This document shows, piece after piece, positions 8,864 through 16,370 of a stretch of 18,573 bases of DNA. The stretch is from Oligoflexales bacterium (lineage in GTDB: Bacteria; Bdellovibrionota_B; Oligoflexia; Oligoflexales; RGVZ01): assembly GCA_044236265.1 (NCBI GenBank), contig JBIIGV010000057.1, forward strand, positions 1 to 18,573. Direction: 5' to 3'. The notes under the pieces were generated by a model, which saw nothing but the letters and a program-made list of their open reading frames with translations, did no database searches and was not told where the DNA came from. The position numbers were made by a program, and so were the translations under genes. Position 1 is the stretch's first letter; every line of letters starts with the position of its first letter.

Positions 8864-9318
8864 CTTACGAGACGCTTCATCATCTCCAATATTTTCACGG
8901 CGCCCATGCTTTTCGAGGCAAAATCACGGACGCCAGGATGTTCCTGATCTTGAGAACGCCGAAGAACAGAGGCATCCGCACTAACAAGAACCGTCGGTAT
9001 AGATCCAAAAAAAGATCTCAAGTGGGAGACAAGATCGAGTCCATCATGCTGCCCCAGATAGTAGTCAACAATAGCTCCATCGTAACGATTAATTCTCGAG
9101 AAGGGATCCAAATCCAGCAGAGTCTCGATTGCATCTACATCCAGGCCAAGGAGTGGACCAAGCTTTACCAAGACTGATCTAAATACGGGATCATCATCGA
9201 TGAGCAAAATCTTCGGTAATTCGGCAGCGCTGATGCCATCACCCATCTTGGTCGCACGATTCGACACGAAAGGCGACTCATGCAATGCAGGCTCATTATC
9301 ATTTGAAGGATGCTCCAT
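8842..9318 (-). CDS. Stand-alone response regulator receiver (CheY-like) protein
   Basis: KILLIDDDPVFR, AIVDYYLGQHDG (phospho-Asp), PTVLVSA, FASKS. No output domain. ATG 9318 is preferred because it overlaps the upstream small ORF stop (TGATG). Confidence 0.9.
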   Translation of the reverse strand: MEHPSNDNEPALHESPFVSNRATKMGDGISAAELPKILLIDDDPVFRSVLVKLGPLLGLDVDAIETLLDLDPFSRINRYDGAIVDYYLGQHDGLDLVSHLRSFFGSIPTVLVSADASVLRRSQDQEHPGVRDFASKSMGAVKILEMMKRLVSHKISAG

Positions 9319-9434
9319 CAGGAAATCCCATCCAAAAGTTTTTGTAATGCAATCACAACTCCCAAGACCCAAAAGCGACTAACAAAAACGAGAAGCTCAC
9401 TTAAAGCCAGAAAAATACCGACTAATAACGTCAC
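9318..9434 (-). CDS. Putative 38-aa hydrophobic small membrane protein
   Basis: AAAGGGG RBS, 6 nt spacer, GTG at 9434. Encodes MTLLVGIFLALSELLVFVSRFWVLGVVIALQKLLDGIS. Its TGA overlaps the ATG of the receiver gene, and it lies just downstream of a sigma54 promoter. Confidence 0.6.
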   Translation of the reverse strand: MTLLVGIFLALSELLVFVSRFWVLGVVIALQKLLDGIS

Positions 9435-9481
9435 GTTGCGCCCCTTTCCCGCTTCTTCCGCACTGATTCTGACATATAGGG

Positions 9482-9498
9482 AGCAACGTTTATGCCAA
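9482..9498 (-). promoter_or_regulatory. Sigma54 (-24/-12) promoter driving the small ORF and receiver gene
   Basis: Minus strand TTGGCATAAACGTTGCT is a near-consensus TGGCAY-N5-TTGCW. Confidence 0.82.
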
Positions 9499-9571
9499 GT
9501 TTCGCGGATGGACAGACGAGCGACTGGACGCCTAGCCAAGAAAATCCAAGCCCAGAACGGGGACAAATCCA

Positions 9572-9716
9572 TGTATCAAAATGAAACATTGTATCGATTT
9601 TTTGCTACAGGTTTTTCTGGGTATATAGTGGATTTCCCTCTCTTGACCGTAATCGATACAACAGATAAAAGCGCGCCAACGAAACATCTAAAGCGCACTT
9701 GTATCAGTCTGATACA
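9572..9716. promoter_or_regulatory. Cluster of palindromic TGTATC-N5-GATACA boxes (candidate enhancer/operator sites of the adjacent NtrC-family regulator)
   Basis: TGTATCAAAATGAAACA (9572-9588), TGTATCGATTTTTTGCTACA (9590-9609, longer spacer), TGACCGTAATCGATACA (9644-9660) and the perfect palindrome TGTATCAGTCTGATACA (9700-9716). Confidence 0.68.
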
Positions 9717-9745
9717 GTGCCGCAACTGCAGAAGGAAAGCCACGC

Positions 9746-11113
9746 ATGCATATGATTACGAACCGGAAATTGGCTCTTGTCATCGACGATTCTGAGGAGG
9801 CGCGCCTTATTTATTCGACGGCTCTTAAAAGTATCGGCTTTGATGCAGTGCCGCTCTCTGGTTTGCCATCGCGGGACTTCTTCGAAAATCGTTCGATCGA
9901 TTTGATTCTTTTGGATATGAATCTCGGAAATATAAACTCGATCGATTACATCAAAGACTTGGCAAAACACAGTGATGCCAAGATCGTCGTTATGACTGCG
10001 TTTGGTGGAATTGAGTCCGCTGTAGCAGCTGTCCACAATGGAGCATCTGGCTTCTTTGTGAAGTCTGATCCAATTGATTCACTCCTTCCGAAAATCCAAG
10101 CTTTATTTCAAGCACAAAAGTCGATTGGTCGCGTCGAAACATTTCTTGAGGAATGCGGAATAAAAGGAACAAGCAGAGCCATGAAAAGCCTTGGGCAACT
10201 CATCATGCAGGTCGGGCCCACCGCAAGCACGGTTTTGATCAGCGGTAGCTCGGGTGCTGGCAAAGAGCTGATCGCACATGCGATCCATAAATCATCAGGC
10301 TGCAATGGACCATTTGTAGCCATCAACTGCAGCGCTATCCCTGATCAACTTCTAGAGAGCGAGTTATTTGGTGTCAAGCGCGGTGCCTTTACCGACGCCA
10401 AGCAGGATCGCCAGGGAGTTTTGGACGCTGCAGCTGGCGGAACCATCTTCTTGGATGAAATCGGCGAAATGCCGCTGCCGCTGCAGTCCAAGTTGCTACG
10501 AGTGATTCAAGAGTGCGAATTCACACCTCTTGGAGGAACTCAGCCAGTTAAAATGCGCGCTCGCATCGTTTGCGCCACGAATCGCAATCTCATCCAGATG
10601 ATGGCGGATGGCAAATTTCGTGAAGATCTTTATTATCGCATCGCAGTTATAACCCTTAAGGCGCCCGATTTAAGCGAGCGCAGCGCTGACATTCCTATTC
10701 TTATCGAACATTTTCTTGGTATCTATAACCGCAAATGTGGCAAACATTTGAAAATGCCGCTCGAATCAGAACTATCGATTCTTGCATCTTACCCTTGGCC
10801 AGGCAACGTCCGCGAGTTGCAAAATGCGGTCGAACGCGCCACGGTCTTAGGCACGGGCGACCGTCTTTCCATAAATCTGATGCTGCCGCCAACCCAGGTG
10901 ATTAATTTGCCCCAAACTCAAGAAAGGTCAGGCCCTCAGAGGACCGGATTCAATTACAAGACAAGCATCGACGCCTTTGAGCGCACATTCCTGACTGATC
11001 TGCTAGCTGCAGCCAATGGCAATATGTCAGAGGCTGCAAGGCTTTCTGGTATTTATCGTGCAAATATCTACCGCATGGCGAAGCGACTAAACATAAGCTT
11101 AAAGAAAGATTGA
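9746..11113 (+). CDS. NtrC-family sigma54-dependent response regulator (REC-AAA+-Fis HTH)
   Basis: REC motifs VIDD, LILLD, VVMTAFG, FFVK. AAA+ motifs GSSGAGKE, ESELFG..RGAFTDA, FLDEIGE, Q.KLLRVIQ, FREDLYYR, WPGNVREL. HTH GNMSEAARLSGIYRANIYR. Confidence 0.96.
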   Translation: MHMITNRKLALVIDDSEEARLIYSTALKSIGFDAVPLSGLPSRDFFENRSIDLILLDMNLGNINSIDYIKDLAKHSDAKIVVMTAFGGIESAVAAVHNGASGFFVKSDPIDSLLPKIQALFQAQKSIGRVETFLEECGIKGTSRAMKSLGQLIMQVGPTASTVLISGSSGAGKELIAHAIHKSSGCNGPFVAINCSAIPDQLLESELFGVKRGAFTDAKQDRQGVLDAAAGGTIFLDEIGEMPLPLQSKLLRVIQECEFTPLGGTQPVKMRARIVCATNRNLIQMMADGKFREDLYYRIAVITLKAPDLSERSADIPILIEHFLGIYNRKCGKHLKMPLESELSILASYPWPGNVRELQNAVERATVLGTGDRLSINLMLPPTQVINLPQTQERSGPQRTGFNYKTSIDAFERTFLTDLLAAANGNMSEAARLSGIYRANIYRMAKRLNISLKKD

Positions 11114-11123
11114 GAGGAATGTC

Positions 11124-11486
11124 ATGACAATCAATCGCGATGAGTATCAAAAGCTAAAAAACATGTTAGCCGCAAACGGCCAACTAGAGAGCGTGATCCA
11201 AGCGTTTGTTAACCACTCTTCAATACGATTGGAAGATTTACAGAAGTCCATTGCCGCACAGGATCTTGAGTCCATACTGAAAATCGCCCACGCTATCAAA
11301 GGATCATGCGCGATGTTGGGCGGAACCCAATGTGCACAGCTCTGCGACGCCATCGAAAGCGCATGTCGTCATTCACACCCTGGCGAACTCCCAGAGCTAT
11401 TGGCCAAACTAATTATAGAGATCAGATCTATTGCAGAATTTCTACAAAACGATCGCCCTGTAAATACCCAGGGGTGCTGCGAATAA
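11124..11486 (+). CDS. Stand-alone Hpt (histidine phosphotransfer) domain protein
   Basis: AHAIKGSCAMLG matches H-x-x-K-G-x-x-x-x-x-G, followed by LCDAIE. GAGG RBS, 10 bp after the regulator stop. Confidence 0.92.
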   Translation: MTINRDEYQKLKNMLAANGQLESVIQAFVNHSSIRLEDLQKSIAAQDLESILKIAHAIKGSCAMLGGTQCAQLCDAIESACRHSHPGELPELLAKLIIEIRSIAEFLQNDRPVNTQGCCE

Positions 11487-11590
11487 GATCTGCGATATTT
11501 TAATTCATCGATAATCCACCGATCTCGGACCGTGGAGATGCGAAATCTACCCAATCTCTGTTTTCTGCCAAATATGATACCTCCCGTCAT

Positions 11591-11606
11591 TGGGCGTCGA
11601 TTTGCA
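11591..11606 (+). promoter_or_regulatory. Possible sigma54 (-24/-12) promoter of the hpf-like gene
   Basis: TGGGCGTCGATTTGCA: GG-N10-GC with TTGCA, ending 24 bp upstream of ATG 11631. It deviates from consensus just after GG. Confidence 0.5.
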
Positions 11607-11630
11607 ACTAGCTAACGAAGGGGGTTTGTC

Positions 11631-12122
11631 ATGTTTTTTCAGTTTGCATTTAAGAAAATGGATCCATCAGACTCGCTGATGACGATGGCCATCGACAAAA
11701 TCGAATCGCGTATTAAAACGTTCTCGGGCCACTGTATTAATCCGCAACTCACATTCTCCTCGTATCGTGGTATGCAAAAGATTCATTTCTCCATGTTAAC
11801 CAATGACGGTTTTAAAATTGAGGTCAGTCACAGCGGTCCTGACATGTATGCCGAAATCGACGAGGTCGCCGACCGCATTGAATCCCAGCTGCGAAAACAC
11901 AAAGAACGCCTTCGAGACCACAAAGGCCAGAGTGGCATCAGGGCCGCCGCAGGGGCGATGTCGGACGGCTACCTTGATCGCTCGTGGGACGATCTCCTGC
12001 ATGAGCCTAAAACCATTGATGCCGAAGATATCCTAAAATATGAGACGGCACGTCGCGACATACTGAAACGCCGCCGCCACGGTCGGCGATCCAAACAATC
12101 AATGGCAGTAATAGTCCATTGA
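11631..12122 (+). CDS. hpf: Ribosome hibernation promoting factor HPF/RaiA-like protein with atypical C-terminal extension
   Basis: S30AE pattern: F..MDPSDSL...A.DKI... and DMYAEIDEVADRIESQLRKHKERLRDH. AAGGGGG RBS. Confidence 0.85.
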   Translation: MFFQFAFKKMDPSDSLMTMAIDKIESRIKTFSGHCINPQLTFSSYRGMQKIHFSMLTNDGFKIEVSHSGPDMYAEIDEVADRIESQLRKHKERLRDHKGQSGIRAAAGAMSDGYLDRSWDDLLHEPKTIDAEDILKYETARRDILKRRRHGRRSKQSMAVIVH

Positions 12123-12150
12123 AAACGGCCTATTACGCTACCTCTTTGAT

Positions 12151-12188
12151 GCCAGCCGCAGCCTTGTATCACAAGGGCTCGGTCTGGC
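12151..12188 (+). terminator. Imperfect long hairpin after hpf (possible terminator)
   Basis: GCCAG-CCG-CAGCC-TTGT-atc-ACAA-GGGCT-CGG-T-CTGGC followed by TAAATTTTGT. The U-tract is weak. Confidence 0.4.
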
Positions 12189-12260
12189 TAAATTTTGTAG
12201 ATCTTCTTCGATTGATGCGGCTAAGATGAGGCCATACTTCAAGCGACAAGGAGGCCGCCC

Positions 12261-13055
12261 ATGCGCCAATACTTGAACCTTCTCAGCCGCGTCTTAGAAG
12301 AAGGCGTTGAAAAATCTGACCGCACCGGAACCGGAACCAGAAGCGTTTTTGGACACCAGATGCGTTTTGATCTCTCGGAAGGCTTCCCCCTTGTCACGAC
12401 CAAGAAATGCCACCTGAAATCAATTATCCACGAGCTCTTATGGTTTCTTGCAGGAGATACCAACACGAAGTACCTCAAAGATAACGGTGTTTCCATTTGG
12501 GACGAATGGGCGGACGACCATGGAGATCTTGGACGCGTATACGGAGCCCAATGGAGATCCTGGCGACGAGCTGATGGAACGACTCTAGATCAGATATCGC
12601 AAGTGCTTGGGCAGATTAAGTCTAACCCAGATTCCCGTAGGCACATTGTCGTAGCCTATAATCCTGGGGAAATCGAACAGATGGCTCTTCCCCCCTGTCA
12701 TGCGTTTTTTCAGTTTTACGTGGCCCAAGGAAAACTCTCATGCCAGCTTTACCAGCGCAGTGCAGATGTCTTCCTCGGCGTTCCCTTTAACATTGCTAGT
12801 TATGCACTGCTTACGATGATGATGGCTCAGGTGACAGGATTGGAAGTTGGAGAGTTTGTACACACATTGGGTGATGCTCACCTCTACTTGAATCATATGG
12901 AGCAGGCCATGACCCAACTTAAACGCGAGCCACGGTCCAAGCCACTAATGAAAATTAATCCTGAGATTAAGGATTTATTTGGATTCAAATACGACGATTT
13001 TGAGTTGATTGGCTACGACCCACATCCTGCGATTAAAGCGCCGGTTGCGATCTAA
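12261..13055 (+). CDS. thyA: Thymidylate synthase
   Basis: [41 protein letters not shown] (catalytic Cys), [27 protein letters not shown]. Confidence 0.98.
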   Translation: MRQYLNLLSRVLEEGVEKSDRTGTGTRSVFGHQMRFDLSEGFPLVTTKKCHLKSIIHELLWFLAGDTNTKYLKDNGVSIWDEWADDHGDLGRVYGAQWRSWRRADGTTLDQISQVLGQIKSNPDSRRHIVVAYNPGEIEQMALPPCHAFFQFYVAQGKLSCQLYQRSADVFLGVPFNIASYALLTMMMAQVTGLEVGEFVHTLGDAHLYLNHMEQAMTQLKREPRSKPLMKINPEIKDLFGFKYDDFELIGYDPHPAIKAPVAI

Positions 13056-13057
13056 TC

Positions 13058-13564
13058 ATGACAATGAAGATCAGTCACATCGTTGCCATGGCCGAAAACC
13101 GCGTGATCGGTCGTGCCGGCGGAATGCCCTGGCATATTCCAGAAGACTTTAAGTTTTTTAAAGCCACAACTATGGGACATGCCATGATCATGGGTCGCAA
13201 AACCTGGGACTCAATCGGTCGCGCCCTGCCTGGACGACTCTCGATTGTCATCACAAGAAATCCAAACTTCGGCGTGCCAGCGGGAGTTCTTGTTAGAGCT
13301 ACGCTCGATGAGGCGATTGAGTATTGCGAACAGCATCAGAACGAATGGGGATCAGAGTGTTTTATTGTTGGAGGTGGGGAGCTTTACCGGCAGAGTTTAT
13401 CGCTTACTGACCGTGTTTATTTGACGCAGATTCACCGGTCAATCGAAGGCGATACTACATACCCCGAGCTACCAAAATCAGCATTTAAGCAGATCAGCGT
13501 CGAGCCTCATCGAGATGCCGCGACTCCCTTTTCCTTCACAGTATGGGATAGAATCCAAAAATAG
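13058..13564 (+). CDS. folA: Dihydrofolate reductase
   Basis: IVAMAENRVIG...MPWHIPEDFKFFK, IMGRKTWDSI.RALPGR, IVGGGELY, GDTTYP. Directly follows thyA. Confidence 0.97.
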   Translation: MTMKISHIVAMAENRVIGRAGGMPWHIPEDFKFFKATTMGHAMIMGRKTWDSIGRALPGRLSIVITRNPNFGVPAGVLVRATLDEAIEYCEQHQNEWGSECFIVGGGELYRQSLSLTDRVYLTQIHRSIEGDTTYPELPKSAFKQISVEPHRDAATPFSFTVWDRIQK

Positions 13565-13593
13565 AAACGCCGCAAGATGTTTGCGGCGTTTTC
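13565..13593. terminator. Intrinsic terminator, probably bidirectional, between folA and the convergent caspase gene
   Basis: AAACGCCGCAA-GATGT-TTGCGGCGTTT-TC: perfect 11-bp stem with short T tracts on both strands. Confidence 0.85.
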
Positions 13594-13617
13594 ATACAAA
13601 CTGCTGATCTGAAGTTA

Positions 13618-14523
13618 TTAATTATTTGCAAACTCAAAGATCTTTTCCTCCAAGAGACTCGTAGGAACCGCCTTGTAAACTGGCTTGTGATGGCGTGTGT
13701 CCTGCCACGTAGCGTCCACAGTCTGAGTTGCCAAATCACCCATTGTTGCCTCTGGCCTCTGCGCCTTCAATGACGAAAACACCTTCCGCAAAGACCAAGT
13801 AAAAGCTCCGCCCTTTTCACGGCCGTAATCGAGACTTGTTTGTGTCTTTTTTGACGCTGCAAAAGTCAAAAACTGCTCTATGCTATCAGCGCGGCCCTTA
13901 TCACTACTGCCCGTCAATTGGTCTGCCATAAGCTGAGCCTGAGCATCTGCAAGAGCTTGGGCCACCTCTGGTGAGTGGTCAGCAAAAAACTCTGCGGGCT
14001 CATTCAGGTTCTTCATATCATCCGGAAGAGAACCGTTACCATCAACCCAGTGCCCGGAGTAACAGGAGTCGTTAAATGCCATAAGACGCTTGAGTGGCTG
14101 AGCACGACCCGCAGCAATCGCCCTAGCAACCTCTGAATAACTCATCATGCCATTTGCTGTCATAAATTTTCCGTCGTTACTGCCATGACCACTCACATAA
14201 AGTCCTAGCGTTCCAAACTCTCCCACAGCGGCAGCGTTAGCAGTCAGTTCCCGAAGAATGTAGTCTTTGGGAGCGTTCCCGTTACTAATGACATTCCAGT
14301 TAAAACCATTTGATGCGTCATTAAGAACTTTCGTCATCTCACGGATGTCAGTCGCCACACCAGACAATCCATTTGGCGCACCAATGACCAAAAATACGTT
14401 ATGAGATTCTGGATCATAGGGTCTAAATTTTACGGACGAAGAGCTAACTCCACGACCACAGCCCACCATGGTCAGCGTTGCGAGCGCAAATATCGTTATC
14501 TTAGCTACGCCAAATTTAGGCAT
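13618..14523 (-). CDS. Caspase-family (peptidase C14, meta/orthocaspase-like) lipoprotein
   Basis: Lipobox MVGC. Catalytic dyad motifs YVSGHGS and FNDSCYSG, plus LSGVATDIREM, FAAS...QTS and GGAFTWSL. AAGGAG RBS. Confidence 0.88.
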   Translation of the reverse strand: MPKFGVAKITIFALATLTMVGCGRGVSSSSVKFRPYDPESHNVFLVIGAPNGLSGVATDIREMTKVLNDASNGFNWNVISNGNAPKDYILRELTANAAAVGEFGTLGLYVSGHGSNDGKFMTANGMMSYSEVARAIAAGRAQPLKRLMAFNDSCYSGHWVDGNGSLPDDMKNLNEPAEFFADHSPEVAQALADAQAQLMADQLTGSSDKGRADSIEQFLTFAASKKTQTSLDYGREKGGAFTWSLRKVFSSLKAQRPEATMGDLATQTVDATWQDTRHHKPVYKAVPTSLLEEKIFEFANN

Positions 14524-14777
14524 ACGAAATCTCCTTGCGTGTTAACGTTTTCATTCGTGTGTTTAGGGATCTATCAATATTTTCACATGCATCATGCAGC
14601 TCACCAAAGATTTGGAAGAGCCATCAGAAGATCTAATAAAACTAGATGGACGTAACACGGCAGTTTTCTATTTGGAAAAATGCGAATCTATGCTGAAAAT
14701 ATCCGTAAAATTTGGCAGTAACAGAAGGCCCACATTTTTGCTTCTGAACACAAATAACAAAGGACTTTGAGTTTTAA

Positions 14778-15527
14778 ATGCAGACCGCTTGGTTAGAAAC
14801 AGATGAGAAACTTTTAATTTTTGCCACAGAAGATACCAACGATGACTCTATTTTCGGATCTGCACTGACGCGTCTCATTTATGGAGTCTCAACAGCGTTT
14901 GGTGAAGAGCGCCTGCGCTACCTGCGTAAACGCATCCTGACTACAGGCAGGATGACTTTGTGGGAAAAAAATCTCATCAAAGTCTGCGCTAAACGCGCGT
15001 CGACAGTATCAGAGTTTCGAACGGATCAATTTAACGAGTCAAAATACATCGATATCGGCGCCACCATGAACACAGATACCAAGGCCTTAAGACGCCAGGA
15101 TCTGATCGGAGCAAAACTCTTAGAAACCCCTGCGTTGGACATTCTTAGGCTAATTGCAAACGAAGACTCGCTTACAGCACAAAACGAAAAACTGAAACAA
15201 CATCAGAGATCACGCCCTATCAGCGCGATCATATGCGACGATAACGATACTGTGTTAGCAATTGCCGTGAACACGAATGCATCCTGCCAAATGCGGCACG
15301 CTGAGGTGAATCTTTTTCTGCAGCTTCGCTCACAAGGAATTAGAAAGCTTCCGGCTGGCAGCAAAATCTACACATCACTGAAGCCCTGCCGTATGTGCGC
15401 GGCCCTAATACTTGAGTACGCCTGTGACTTAGGTCAAGGACACACCCGAGTCGTTGCTCTTGAGGATGATCTTGGTCCAATGGGCCGACATCGCCTGCTC
15501 GACGGCATGCTGCAAATACAAGGCTGA
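14778..15527 (+). CDS. Bd3614-family nucleic acid deaminase (Zn-dependent CDA fold with Bd3614-like N-terminal domain)
   Basis: HAEVNL and YTSLKPCRMCAALI deaminase motifs. The N-terminal SALTRLIYG...LRKRILTT...IKVCAKR resembles the Bd3614 N-domain as I recall it. Confidence 0.82.
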   Translation: MQTAWLETDEKLLIFATEDTNDDSIFGSALTRLIYGVSTAFGEERLRYLRKRILTTGRMTLWEKNLIKVCAKRASTVSEFRTDQFNESKYIDIGATMNTDTKALRRQDLIGAKLLETPALDILRLIANEDSLTAQNEKLKQHQRSRPISAIICDDNDTVLAIAVNTNASCQMRHAEVNLFLQLRSQGIRKLPAGSKIYTSLKPCRMCAALILEYACDLGQGHTRVVALEDDLGPMGRHRLLDGMLQIQG

Positions 15528-15543
15528 CTGTATCAATCCACAC

Positions 15544-16266
15544 TTACTTAATGGCCGTATAAACGCGGTGAACATCATCATAATCATTGATGTCGCCCAA
15601 GAACTGCTCCACTTCTTTGCGGGCATCTCCTGAAAGTTCGACCAAATTCTTTGCAAGATAACCCAACTCTGCCTTCGAAACGGCCCAACCTTTTTCGGTC
15701 AAGGCTTTGTTAACTGCATCAAGATCGGACGTATCGGTGTAAAAAATGCCACCCGTGCTGCCGGCAGGAACGTCCTCTGAGTCCATCGCTTCCATATTCT
15801 GGGCACCGCATTCAATAGCCGCCTCTTCTATGTCTACACCTGGCTTGGCGATCGTTGCTTCAATGATACCCAGGCGATCGAACATCCACGCCACAGCCCC
15901 GCTGCTGCCAAGCTGACCTTTACGAAATAGAACGCGAATATCTCCGGCCGTTCGATTGTTGTTTTCGGTCAGGCACTCAACTATGACTGGCACATTGTGT
16001 GGAGCAAAACCTTCGTAGGTTAACGTCGAGTAAGTAATGTTCTCATCGGTCTGACCTGACCCGCGTTTGATCGCACGATCAATCGAATCTTTAGTGACAG
16101 AGTTTTTTCGCGCATCTTCCAAAGCAGCCCGCAAACGCGCATTACCAGATGGATCGGGACCGCCCATTTTTGTGGCAACCATGATCTCTTTGACCAATTT
16201 GCCAACGATTTTGCCCTTGCGATTCGCCGCATCCATCTTTCCGGCATGTTTCCACTGCGCGCCCAT
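15544..16266 (-). CDS. yebC: YebC/PmpR (TACO1) family protein
   Basis: MGAQWKH..., GGPDPSGNARLR, SIDRAIKR, YEGFAP, VECLTENNNRT, DDVHRVY. GGGGAG RBS places the start at ATG 16266. Confidence 0.95.
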   Translation of the reverse strand: MGAQWKHAGKMDAANRKGKIVGKLVKEIMVATKMGGPDPSGNARLRAALEDARKNSVTKDSIDRAIKRGSGQTDENITYSTLTYEGFAPHNVPVIVECLTENNNRTAGDIRVLFRKGQLGSSGAVAWMFDRLGIIEATIAKPGVDIEEAAIECGAQNMEAMDSEDVPAGSTGGIFYTDTSDLDAVNKALTEKGWAVSKAELGYLAKNLVELSGDARKEVEQFLGDINDYDDVHRVYTAIK

Positions 16267-16370
16267 TGTTAACTCCCCTATAAATCTAAAAACGATAAAC
16301 AATATATAAAGTTAAGAGCTGAGTTAGTAAAGCGTTTACATCCCCAGCACATTCATCCTATAACCTTTAG

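Noticed and set aside
9435..9572. N-terminal 46 codons of the 84-aa minus-strand ORF
   Set aside because: This start lies upstream of the sigma54 promoter and inside a palindromic box. The internal RBS and GTG at 9434 give a better start.
9310..9795. 161-aa plus-strand ORF across the REC-NtrC intergenic region
   Set aside because: It is low-information and basic, overlaps both flanking genes and runs through the promoter and operator boxes. Its openness is partly explained by being antisense to a hydrophobic ORF.
5740..13564. Idea that DUF3050 supplies pABA for folA/thyA, like CADD
   Set aside because: It is a different family from CADD, lies over 5 kb away on the opposite strand, and has no folate biosynthesis genes adjacent.
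14725..14742. Sigma54-like AGGCCCACATTTTTGCT upstream of the deaminase
   Set aside because: GG-to-GC spacing is 11 nt rather than the strictly required 10.
13618..15527. Caspase plus deaminase as an anti-phage or toxin-immunity system
   Set aside because: The genes are divergent and the products are predicted in different compartments. There is no sensor, effector or immunity gene and no defence-island context.
16267..16302. Extended N-terminus of YebC from the ORF track
   Set aside because: The GGGGAG RBS and the family-typical MGAQWKH start place initiation at 16266.
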